This document shows positions 21,132-30,175 of a DNA stretch of 64,000 nucleotides, piece by piece. Within the stretch, counting starts at the first letter, position 1; each line of letters opens with the position of its first letter. The notes below the pieces were generated by a model that had not been told where the DNA came from, did not search any database, and saw nothing but the letters and a program-made list of their open reading frames with translations. Source of the stretch: Microcoleaceae cyanobacterium (GTDB lineage: Bacteria > Cyanobacteriota > Cyanobacteriia > Cyanobacteriales > Microcoleaceae); assembly GCA_051652765.1 (NCBI GenBank), contig JBOFUV010000034.1, forward strand, positions 96,001 through 160,000. The letters are read 5' to 3'. A program made the position numbers and the translations under genes.

Positions 21132-21174
21132 CTACGGTAGAAACAGTGTTCTTGTATCACTGTTTCTACCGTAG
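21132..21174. repeat. Perfect 17-bp inverted repeat with 9-nt loop
   Basis: CTACGGTAGAAACAGTG / CACTGTTTCTACCGTAG. Confidence 0.85.
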
Positions 21175-21288
21175 AATCCAGAGATCAGCGTTGTTTAGTT
21201 TTCATCAAGGTTCCCTCAGAAGTAATGCTTTTTATTTCAACTCAAAGCTCCAAGGGTAATTGGTAAAAGTCTTCAGGAATGAGCTTAA

Positions 21289-22116
21289 ATGAATTACATC
21301 AAATGTGCGGTCTATCTATCAAGTTCAGTAATCTTGACTTTTTTTAGCTTAAGTCAAGCGGTTCTAGGGCAAGAATCATCGGCAAGAGTTGTTGAAAATT
21401 CTAATTTTTCCTTACAAAAGCAGCCCAAAGAGTTAATAGATTCAAGGGACTTACCTTCTAGGTTACTGACGGAAGAATTGCCAGAAAAAAGCCCTTCCCG
21501 TTTATCAGAGGTTGAGTTATTCATCCCTTCAGTAAGAGCCACAGATTTGCTCGAAGGCCAAGATAGAAATCAAACTTTCATCACTGCTCAAGAGTCAGAA
21601 GAAAAGCAAGAGTCGGAAGAAGAAGTAGAGGAGGAAGATCCTCGGAAAGCAGCGGATGCTTCAGGGCGACGGTTGAGCAACAACTACAGCTATTTTGCCA
21701 TTGGAGGCAATACTGGTCTGACTGGAGATGGCTCAGGCGTTTCAGAGATAGGATTCTCTACCTTGGGTAAAGCCGGGTTTTCTGAGAATTTATCCCTCCA
21801 TTCTGCAGGAGTGCTGTTTACGGAAAGGGGAGCAAGTTTGACTGCCCTGACATACGAGTTTCCTATTCGGAGTGAAACGGAAGCAGTTGTATTTTCGCCG
21901 TTTTTAGGCGGAGGAATCATCTATCGTGATTTATTCAACGAAGACTTCAGCATTGGGGGAGTGATTATGGGAGGAGTGGATGTGCCAATCTCCTACAGTT
22001 TTGTGTTTACAAGCCGAATCAATGTAGCTTTTATTCGAGATAGTACAGATACCAGTATTTCTTTCGGAATTGGGTACATTTATACGAAAGGTTTACTGGG
22101 ATTAATTTTTGATTAG
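21289..22116 (+). CDS. Secreted protein with a probable C-terminal outer-membrane beta-barrel
   Basis: Signal peptide, acidic linker, amphipathic strands SPFLGGG / GGVDVPIS / SFGIGY. Confidence 0.6.
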   Translation: MNYIKCAVYLSSSVILTFFSLSQAVLGQESSARVVENSNFSLQKQPKELIDSRDLPSRLLTEELPEKSPSRLSEVELFIPSVRATDLLEGQDRNQTFITAQESEEKQESEEEVEEEDPRKAADASGRRLSNNYSYFAIGGNTGLTGDGSGVSEIGFSTLGKAGFSENLSLHSAGVLFTERGASLTALTYEFPIRSETEAVVFSPFLGGGIIYRDLFNEDFSIGGVIMGGVDVPISYSFVFTSRINVAFIRDSTDTSISFGIGYIYTKGLLGLIFD

Positions 22117-22143
22117 CTTGGGTTTTTCAGAAAAGCTTAATCA

Positions 22144-24480
22144 TTAAAGTCGCTGTAGGGGAGCAATGTTTGGATCAAGGACTTTAGAACTCGATCCTTC
22201 AAATTTGACCCCTAGGGAGAGCTTACTCTTACTCCCAAAAATGTGAGTGACTTTTCCTATCCCAAAAGAGTCGTGCAAAACGCGATCGCCCACTTGCCAA
22301 TTTTCGACGACATTAACCTGAGATCGGGTTATTGATTGCCTCTGAGTTGAACTTTGACTTGACTTTCTCGAGGTCTTTTGGGGAGAGTAACCTTCAATTA
22401 ATTCTTCGGGTAACTCTTTCAAAAAAATGGATGGAATACAAGGTTCAGGTGCTCCCCATAATCGACGTTGACAAGCATGGCTAATAAACAATTGTTCCTG
22501 GGCACGGGTGATGCCCACATAGCATAATCGTCGTTCTTCTTCGAGGGCTAAAGGATCATCAAAGCTGCGAAAGTTAGGAAACAAGCCCTGCTCTAATCCC
22601 ACCAAAAAAACAATGGGAAATTCCAATCCTTTTGCCGAATGCAAGGTCATTAAAGCAGTTGCATTTTGACCCTCTTTAACATTGTCAATTTCTGAGGCGA
22701 GGGCTGCGCTAGCAAGAAAGCCTGGTAAGGTTGTATCCTCATAATCTTCTTGGAACTGAGAGACCGCATTACTAAGTTCTTTCAGGTTTTCCAAGCGATT
22801 TTCAGCTTCATCTGTTCCCTGAATTTTGTAGTCTTGAACATAGCCTGAATCTTTCAGGATGCCGTCTAAAATTTCCAATGCTGAAGCTGTTTCAACCCGA
22901 TTTTGCCAAACTTTAATGATCTCAGCAAACTGATTTACTGACTTAGCAGAACGGCCTGCTAGAGTATTAACTGAATCAGCGTCACTAGTGATTTCCCATA
23001 GAGGAATTCCTAACTGTTGAGATGCATTGACAAGGGCATCAATCGTTGATTTTCCAATGCCCCTTCGAGGAGTATTAATAATCCGGAGCAAGCTGACTGT
23101 ATCAGCAGGATTGGCAATGACTCGGAGGTAAGAAAGGGCATCTTTGATTTCTTTGCGATCATAGAATTTTAACCCCCCAACAATTGTGTAAGGAACTTCG
23201 GTTCTTAACACATCTTCCAAAGCACGAGACTGAGCATTGGTACGATACAATACAGCAAAATCTCCATAACCCAATTCAGGATTTTTTTGCATCAGTCCTT
23301 GAATTTGACTCAGCACAAATCGGGCTTCATCCATCTCATCCCCAGAACGATAACAGTAGATAGGCGAGCCTTCTCCTCGGGTTGGACGCAGGATCTTATC
23401 AATGCGTTCAGTATTATTTTGAATCAGATGATTAGCGGCTTGAAGAATATTCGCTCTGGAACGATAGTTTTCTTCCAATTTGATCATTGTCTGGGTATCT
23501 TCATCGGATAGACCATCTCCAAAATCATCCTGAAATTCTAACAAAATTTTGTAGTCCGCCATGCGAAAGGAGTAGATCGACTGATCCACGTCTCCAACCA
23601 CAAAAACAGAGCGATTGTTCCAATTTTTAAACTGTTTAGCAGTTTCCCCATTAGTGACTAACAATCGAATCAAGTCATATTGCGTTCGATTTGTATCTTG
23701 ATATTCATCCACTAAGATATGACCAAATTTTTCATGCCAATAGGTTAAAACTTGCTCATTCTGCTGAAAGAGATCAACAGTTATGCGAATCAAATCATCA
23801 AAATCCAAACCATTATTTGCTGCCAAAGCATCCTGGTAAAGTCCGTAAACTTCAGCAATGGTTCGACCTTGGTAATTAGAATTTTCTTGCAAGAACTGTT
23901 GAGGTGATAGTCCTTGATTTTTGGCATTACTAATTCTGTATCGAACTTTGCGAGGATCAAACTTTTTATCATCTAAATTAAGCTGCCGGGTGACAATTTG
24001 CTTGACTAAACCATGGACATCAGATTCATCAAAAATTGTAAAATTACGTTCCCATTGACGATTACTTTCATCCTTATATTTATTAATATCAAATCTTAAA
24101 ATCCTGGCACAAAGACTGTGAAAGGTTCCCATCCACAACTGTTTAGTTGTCCGGCGGTAAATGTGCGATCGCAGTTTGACTTGTTCCTCAGCAGTCAGGG
24201 CTGAAAAGGGCTTGCTATATTGAAGTTCTGCCTGTTGCTGAGTAAAAATCGATTCTACCCTTTCCTTGATTTCTCGGGCGGCCTTATTCGTAAAGGTGAC
24301 CGCTAGAATACTCTCCGGATCGACTTGGTGGGTGTGAATTAAATTGGCAATCCGATAAGTGAGTGCCCGAGTTTTTCCCGATCCCGCCCCTGCAACGACT
24401 AGCATCGGCCCACAGAAATGTTCAACCGCTTGGCGTTGGGCAGAGTTGAGATGGCTGAGGAAATCAATGGTCTGAGTCAT
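22144..24480 (-). CDS. pcrA: ATP-dependent DNA helicase PcrA/UvrD
   Basis: AGAGSGKT, VDEYQDTN, VGDVDQSIY, LEENYRS, TLHSAKGLEF, EERRLCYVGITRA. Confidence 0.96.
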   Translation of the reverse strand: MTQTIDFLSHLNSAQRQAVEHFCGPMLVVAGAGSGKTRALTYRIANLIHTHQVDPESILAVTFTNKAAREIKERVESIFTQQQAELQYSKPFSALTAEEQVKLRSHIYRRTTKQLWMGTFHSLCARILRFDINKYKDESNRQWERNFTIFDESDVHGLVKQIVTRQLNLDDKKFDPRKVRYRISNAKNQGLSPQQFLQENSNYQGRTIAEVYGLYQDALAANNGLDFDDLIRITVDLFQQNEQVLTYWHEKFGHILVDEYQDTNRTQYDLIRLLVTNGETAKQFKNWNNRSVFVVGDVDQSIYSFRMADYKILLEFQDDFGDGLSDEDTQTMIKLEENYRSRANILQAANHLIQNNTERIDKILRPTRGEGSPIYCYRSGDEMDEARFVLSQIQGLMQKNPELGYGDFAVLYRTNAQSRALEDVLRTEVPYTIVGGLKFYDRKEIKDALSYLRVIANPADTVSLLRIINTPRRGIGKSTIDALVNASQQLGIPLWEITSDADSVNTLAGRSAKSVNQFAEIIKVWQNRVETASALEILDGILKDSGYVQDYKIQGTDEAENRLENLKELSNAVSQFQEDYEDTTLPGFLASAALASEIDNVKEGQNATALMTLHSAKGLEFPIVFLVGLEQGLFPNFRSFDDPLALEEERRLCYVGITRAQEQLFISHACQRRLWGAPEPCIPSIFLKELPEELIEGYSPQKTSRKSSQSSTQRQSITRSQVNVVENWQVGDRVLHDSFGIGKVTHIFGSKSKLSLGVKFEGSSSKVLDPNIAPLQRL

Positions 24481-24615
24481 GGTGATGGAGGAGACAGGTT
24501 AAGTTGAATTTATGATCTAAGCTACCATATTTGTAAAATGAGCTAGAGATCAATAACATACTAGGATAGCAATAATTTTTGCTGCCGAGATTCTTTACTG
24601 GAAATCTGAGATTTC

Positions 24616-25596
24616 ATGACTCTTCTAGAGGTCAAAAACTTAACCACTCATTTCTTCACACCGGGCGGTGTAGTTCATGCTGTCAATAGAATTTCTTATC
24701 AGGTTAATTCTGGAGAAACAGTTGGCATTGTAGGAGAATCCGGTTCTGGAAAAAGTATCAGTGTACTCTCCATTTTACAGTTGATTCCTTCACCTCCAGG
24801 CAAAATAATGGCAGGGGAAGTATGGTTTGAGGGGCAAGATTTATTGCTGTTAAATGCCAGGGCTATTCAACAGATTCGAGGCAATCAAATCGCCATGATT
24901 TTTCAAGACCCGCTGACAGCCTTGAACCCAGTTCTAACCATTGAAACTCAGTTAACAGAATCCATGAAATTGCACTTGGGGTTAACTCAAACTCAAGCCA
25001 GAATTCAAGCGATTGAACTGTTAAAACAAGTGGGAATTCCTGATGCAGAACGGCGTATTTCGAACTATCCTCATCAATTTTCTGGGGGAATGCGGCAGCG
25101 GGTGATGATTGCAATAGGCTTAGCTTGTCATCCCAAATTACTCATTGCTGACGAGCCAACTACTGCGTTAGATGTGACGATTCAAGCCCAAGTTATTGAG
25201 TTAATTAAACAACTCCGGCAAGACATTGGCATGACCATTCTTTGGATTACCCACGATTTAGCGTTGTTAGCCGGACTCGCCGATCGAATTCTGGTAATGT
25301 ATGCAGGGCAAATTGTGGAACAAGCAACAGTTCATCAACTCTATAAAACGCCTCGTCATCCCTACACAATGGGTTTATTGAATAGTCTGCCCCGCTTAGA
25401 TCGCGATCGCCCTCAACTTTTAACCATTGAAGGAACCCCTCCAGATTTAATCCATTACCCCCTAGGGTGTCCGTTTGCCCCGCGATGTCCGTTTGCTTTA
25501 GAACACTGTTTTACCGAAAATCCTGGTTTAGAACAGATCGAAACCAATCATCAAGTTGCCTGTTGGGTGAAGCCAGAGTTTAGTTTAAGTCAATAG
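24616..25596 (+). CDS. oppD: Oligopeptide/dipeptide ABC transporter ATP-binding protein
   Basis: GESGSGKS, YPHQFSGGMRQR, ADEPTTALD, C-terminal Cys cluster. Confidence 0.9.
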   Translation: MTLLEVKNLTTHFFTPGGVVHAVNRISYQVNSGETVGIVGESGSGKSISVLSILQLIPSPPGKIMAGEVWFEGQDLLLLNARAIQQIRGNQIAMIFQDPLTALNPVLTIETQLTESMKLHLGLTQTQARIQAIELLKQVGIPDAERRISNYPHQFSGGMRQRVMIAIGLACHPKLLIADEPTTALDVTIQAQVIELIKQLRQDIGMTILWITHDLALLAGLADRILVMYAGQIVEQATVHQLYKTPRHPYTMGLLNSLPRLDRDRPQLLTIEGTPPDLIHYPLGCPFAPRCPFALEHCFTENPGLEQIETNHQVACWVKPEFSLSQ

Positions 25597-25619
25597 TTCA
25601 AACCTACGATACCAAATTC

Positions 25620-25715
25620 TACAGCCTTTCCTGGACTAGTGAGGTATGCTGCACTCTTGTCCACACAAGAGATTTCGAATCTTTACACATACCTCACTGA
25701 CTTAAGAAATGCTAT
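25620..25715. repeat. ~95-bp palindromic dispersed element (MITE/REP-like)
   Basis: Nested arms: ACAGCCTTTC/GAAATGCTAT, AGTGAGGTATG/CATACCTCACT, CTCTTGT/ACAAGAG. Confidence 0.6.
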
Positions 25716-25876
25716 GTTACTAAAGCAGTGTTAAACTACCTCCGCTTGTAACACTACGACTGAACCTACTTAGACAAAGTTTCAATCAAATACCTTGGTC
25801 AACCTAAATGACCTGCAGATGAGAGTAGAAATTACAATTAGACTTGAGTAGCCTGTAGCTATAGAAATCGAAGACT

Positions 25877-27235
25877 ATGAAAATTCAGCAAATATCTGTT
25901 AATGGGCTATTTGGAATTTTTGATCATGTGATTCCATTAAACGTGGATGAGAAAATCACAATTATTCATGGTCCTAATGGCTTTGGAAAAACAGCGATGC
26001 TCAGGATGCTAAATGGCTTCTTCAATTCTCGATACCCAATGTTTCGTAGTATTCCATTTAACAGGTTTCGAGTTGAATTTGATAATGGCAATAGTGTTGA
26101 GGTTGTAAAACTTTCTGACAGCTCAGGTAAAACAAAGAAGAAAGAACGAATAGATATTGAGTTTCACGAAACTGGCTTGGAAAAGAAAATCTATACTCTA
26201 AAGGAAACGAAAAATTCTCCAGATATCGACTTCCCAATTAGTGTTTTGGAGGATATGGTTCCAGGATTAGAACGAGTAGCAATTAAAAGATGGGTTTATC
26301 TTCCAACTGGTGAATCCCTTTCTATAGGAGAGGTGATCGATCGATTTGAAGATGTTCTTCCTTCAAAGGCAAGATTACGAGAAGAACCTGAATGGCTAGA
26401 GAGCCTAAAGCAGGATATTCATGTCCGTCTCATTGAGTCGCAGCGTCTACTGAACTTTGTTCCTAGTCGTTCCTCAAGGGTGTACTCTGGAACACCTTCA
26501 ATGCTACCAACTGTTTCTGCCTATTCTGAGGAGATTGCACAACTTATTCAATCTAAACTTGCTGAATATGGTACTACTTCTCAAGCTTTGGATAGGACAT
26601 TTCCTGCAAGAGTAGTACAACAGCAGCTATCCCCTGATTTGACAGATGAAGAGCTTCGCCGTCAGCTCAATGAGCTTGAAGCAACCCGCTCTCGTCTTAT
26701 AGAAGTAGGTTTATTAGATAAGGATGAAAATTCGGATTTTCAAATCCAGCCACAATCTATAGACGAAAGCACAAAAAATATTTTGTCGGTATATGTTGAG
26801 GATGTAGAAAAGAAGCTTAGTGTTTTTAGTGAAATTGCAAGTAAAATTGATCTTCTGAGAAGAATCGTTAATAGTAAATTTGCTTATTCTTATAAAGAGA
26901 TGAGTTTTAATAAGGAGAAAGGATTTGTCTTTAGAACACTTTACAATCATTCTTCTTTCAATAGAGATACTCTTTCTCCAACAGATTTATCATCCGGTGA
27001 GCAACATGAGTTAGTTCTTCTCTATGAATTACTATTTAAGGTTCAACCTAATTCTCTAGTTTTGATTGATGAACCTGAACTATCGCTTCACGTAGGATGG
27101 CAGGCTCAGTTTTTGAAGGACTTGAAAGAAATCACAGAGCTTGCAGATTTAGATGTTTTGATGGCTACTCACTCTCCAGATATCATTCAAGATCGCTGGG
27201 ATTTGACCGTGGAGCTGAAAGGTTCAGAAAAATGA
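25877..27235 (+). CDS. ABC-type AAA_15/AAA_21 ATPase, PARIS AriA-like
   Basis: HGPNGFGKT, LSSGEQH, LIDEPELSLH, ATHSP; coupled to a DUF4435 gene. Confidence 0.8.
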   Translation: MKIQQISVNGLFGIFDHVIPLNVDEKITIIHGPNGFGKTAMLRMLNGFFNSRYPMFRSIPFNRFRVEFDNGNSVEVVKLSDSSGKTKKKERIDIEFHETGLEKKIYTLKETKNSPDIDFPISVLEDMVPGLERVAIKRWVYLPTGESLSIGEVIDRFEDVLPSKARLREEPEWLESLKQDIHVRLIESQRLLNFVPSRSSRVYSGTPSMLPTVSAYSEEIAQLIQSKLAEYGTTSQALDRTFPARVVQQQLSPDLTDEELRRQLNELEATRSRLIEVGLLDKDENSDFQIQPQSIDESTKNILSVYVEDVEKKLSVFSEIASKIDLLRRIVNSKFAYSYKEMSFNKEKGFVFRTLYNHSSFNRDTLSPTDLSSGEQHELVLLYELLFKVQPNSLVLIDEPELSLHVGWQAQFLKDLKEITELADLDVLMATHSPDIIQDRWDLTVELKGSEK

Positions 27236-28095
27236 GGGAGCACCTTTCAGTTGACCGTGATGCTAACGCAATTCGACTACGACGCAGTACCTTTTCGGGT
27301 ACTTTTCTATTAGTTGAGGGCTGCTCAGATAGAATCTTCTATGAACGCTTTGTTGACAAATTGACGTGTGTATTAGTCAGTATTTCCGGCAAACCATCTA
27401 GTAAACTTCGGGTTATTGAAGTTCTGTGCATCTTGGAAAAATCAGATTTTCAAGGAGTCTTAGCTATTGTTGATGCAGATTTTGATCATCTCGAAGTTTC
27501 TTTACATAGTAGTCCTAACCTGATTCGGACAGATACTCATGACCTTGAAACTATATTGCTCAACTCATCTGCTCTTGAGAAGGTGATTGCTGAGTTCGGC
27601 TCAGAGGAGAAAATCGCCAAGTTTGGTCGAGGTGTTAGAACAGTATTGCTTGAAGCTGGAATGCCGATTGGATACCTTCTTTGGATTTCTCAACTTGACG
27701 AACTAAACCTAACCTTTGACGGCATTACATTTAGTAAGTTTATTAACGATCAAACCCTGCAAATTGATGAATTCAAGCTTATCCAAGAAGTAAAGAATAA
27801 ATCCCAAGCTTTTGTGCTGAAAAACGAAGATTTACAACAACGTTTAATAAAGCAAAAAAGTGACACCCGTGATCCCTGGCAGGTTTGCTGTGGTCACGAT
27901 CTAGTAAAGATATTATCTCTTGGTTTACGTAAGGCAATTGGCTCCGCTAAAGCTTCTGATGTTGAACCGAATAATCTTGAACGCATTTTACGACTTGCTT
28001 ATGAGGAAACGTACTTTTACAAGACACAAATTTACTCGTCTGTTTGCTCATGGGAAAGTAACAATCCCCCTTTTAAGGTTTTGTACAGATTGTAA
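27232..28095 (+). CDS. DUF4435 TOPRIM-like nuclease, PARIS AriB-like
   Basis: ATGA overlap with the ATPase stop; LLVEGCSD, IVDADFD, HDLE, CCGHD. Confidence 0.8.
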   Translation: MREHLSVDRDANAIRLRRSTFSGTFLLVEGCSDRIFYERFVDKLTCVLVSISGKPSSKLRVIEVLCILEKSDFQGVLAIVDADFDHLEVSLHSSPNLIRTDTHDLETILLNSSALEKVIAEFGSEEKIAKFGRGVRTVLLEAGMPIGYLLWISQLDELNLTFDGITFSKFINDQTLQIDEFKLIQEVKNKSQAFVLKNEDLQQRLIKQKSDTRDPWQVCCGHDLVKILSLGLRKAIGSAKASDVEPNNLERILRLAYEETYFYKTQIYSSVCSWESNNPPFKVLYRL

Positions 28096-28101
28096 ATTGT
28101 T

Positions 28102-29127
28102 ATGACTGTAATTCCAACTGATTCTAACCTGTTAAATTCCCAACTCAAAACTTTAATTTCCGTTGAGAATTTACAAGTTCATTTTCCAATTTACAAAGGG
28201 ATTTTAATCCAAAAACAAGTTGATACAGTCAAAGCAGTTGATAATATCTCATTCAAAGTTTTCAAAGGTGAAACCCTCAGTTTGGTTGGAGAATCTGGGT
28301 GTGGAAAGAGTACAACCGGCCGAGCTATTCTTCAACTGGAACCTTTAACTCAAGGCAAAATTTTCTTTGAGAATATTGATCTGATGACTTTAAATGCAGC
28401 AACCTTGCGACAGATGCGTCATCGAATGCAGATTATTTTTCAAGATCCCTACGCATCTTTAAACCCTCGAATGACTGTGGAAAAGATCATTAGTGAACCA
28501 TTAGTCATTCATCAACTTGTTGAGCCGCAAAAAATTAGAGAACGAGTCCAAAATCTGCTAGAGCTAGTTGGTCTGAACCCAAGGTTTATTCAGCGCTATC
28601 CCCATGAATTTTCCGGGGGTCAACGTCAACGGATTGGGATTGCTAGAGCCTTGGCGGCTGAGCCAGAATTTATTCTTTGTGATGAACCGATTGCTGCATT
28701 AGATGTTTCAATTCAAGCTCAAATTATTAATTTAATGCAATCTTTGCAGCAACAGTTAGGATTAACCTATCTGTTTATTGCCCATGATTTGAGTGTTGTT
28801 CGTCATATTTCCCATCGCATTGCCGTGATGTATTTGGGCAAGATTGTTGAACTGGCGAATCGAACTGACTTATATACAAATCCACTGCATCCCTATACCC
28901 AAGCGCTTCTTTCTGCTGTTCCCATTCCTGATCCTGAACTGGAGAAAAAGCGTCAGCGGATCATCTTGAGCGGGGACATTCCAAGCCCTATCAATCCACC
29001 CATCGGTTGCCGCTTTCACACTCGCTGTCCCCTCGCCTTTGATCGGTGTCATCATGAAGAGCCAGAATTGCAATCAATGGGTCAAGGGCATTTTGTCTCC
29101 TGCCATCTGAACGAACCCTCCCCCTGA
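28102..29127 (+). CDS. oppF: Oligopeptide/dipeptide ABC transporter ATP-binding protein
   Basis: GESGCGKST, YPHEFSGGQRQRIGIARAL, GCRFHTRCP. Confidence 0.9.
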   Translation: MTVIPTDSNLLNSQLKTLISVENLQVHFPIYKGILIQKQVDTVKAVDNISFKVFKGETLSLVGESGCGKSTTGRAILQLEPLTQGKIFFENIDLMTLNAATLRQMRHRMQIIFQDPYASLNPRMTVEKIISEPLVIHQLVEPQKIRERVQNLLELVGLNPRFIQRYPHEFSGGQRQRIGIARALAAEPEFILCDEPIAALDVSIQAQIINLMQSLQQQLGLTYLFIAHDLSVVRHISHRIAVMYLGKIVELANRTDLYTNPLHPYTQALLSAVPIPDPELEKKRQRIILSGDIPSPINPPIGCRFHTRCPLAFDRCHHEEPELQSMGQGHFVSCHLNEPSP

Positions 29128-29200
29128 ACCCATTGGCCATAGTACACATAGGTTACAATCAAGGTCACCCCAGAAGTAGCTAAAAGGGCGACAACAAGGG

Positions 29201-30097
29201 TTATAACAGAACTGCGCTCAGGTGAACTAACATCTCACAACTTGTTCCCGGTTTGAGACAAGTGAGGAGTTTCCCCAGATTCAGAGCGTTGCGAGGCGCT
29301 GTCCACGGCTCTAAACAGTAGTAGTCCTTGTCTTTTACCGTCCAGAACACCAAGTTAGAATAGGCAGAACTATAACTCAGAAAAATCCTCAGATTGCGAC
29401 TATAGTCCGTGGCGATCGCTGCCAAACTGGTCAGGGGAGAATTGAAAATAATATCCACTTCCTCTAACTTTGGATCAAACTGTCCCGTAAAATCGTGGAG
29501 CTTTTTAGTGTCTTGATCCTGATACTGCATGGCCGGAATCTCAAACTGCAGTTTAGATTTGTCTTGGGCCAGAAAATAGGGATGCAATCCTGTGGAAAAC
29601 GGCATGACTTGAGGGGGAATTTCATCTGACAATCCACAGAGGTTTGTAAACCGCTGAAAAATTTCCAAATGATTCCCTTTTAAGGTGTAAGTAAACTCGA
29701 GTTCAAAGTCAAAAGGATACATCGCTCGAGTTTGGACATTACTTCTCAGCACTAAAGTAATAGAGGCCCAACTCTCCACGCTTTGCTGAGTCACAGTCCA
29801 GGGAAGGTCTCTGGCAAATCCATGCTGCTTTAGGGTGTATTGTTTCCCCTGATATTCATAAGTGTCGTTGGGTAAGTTCCCACAAATTGGAAATAGAATC
29901 GGAATCCCGCCCCGCACAGTCAAGCCGGGATCACTGAACCGGTCTTCATCAAGATAAAGCAATTCCTTACCCTGGACTCGCCAGCGCGTAATTAGGCCGC
30001 CCCGCTCAGGGACAACTTCCAAACTGGACTGGGCGGCATGATCAAACAGACAATAAGTCTTATACTGTTTTTCAGAGTCGAGGGTGATCGCAAACAC
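29201..30097 (-). CDS. Aldose 1-epimerase family protein
   Basis: RGGIPILFP, QHGFAR, GLHPYF, CLEPW. Confidence 0.9.
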   Translation of the reverse strand: MFAITLDSEKQYKTYCLFDHAAQSSLEVVPERGGLITRWRVQGKELLYLDEDRFSDPGLTVRGGIPILFPICGNLPNDTYEYQGKQYTLKQHGFARDLPWTVTQQSVESWASITLVLRSNVQTRAMYPFDFELEFTYTLKGNHLEIFQRFTNLCGLSDEIPPQVMPFSTGLHPYFLAQDKSKLQFEIPAMQYQDQDTKKLHDFTGQFDPKLEEVDIIFNSPLTSLAAIATDYSRNLRIFLSYSSAYSNLVFWTVKDKDYYCLEPWTAPRNALNLGKLLTCLKPGTSCEMLVHLSAVLL

Positions 30098-30175
30098 AAT
30101 AGTTTTAGGTCATCTACGGGTGAGCAAGAACCTCTGAGACTCTGGCAGAGAGTTGGAATTTTCTCTTTGCCCAAT

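Noticed and set aside
27097..27231. N-terminal extension of the DUF4435 ORF
   Set aside because: It overlaps the ATPase C-terminus; the ATGA-coupled start at 27232 is more plausible.
25597..28101. PARIS-like pair as an integron cassette
   Set aside because: No RYYYAAC...GTTRRRY hairpin follows the DUF4435 stop; oppF begins 6 bp later.
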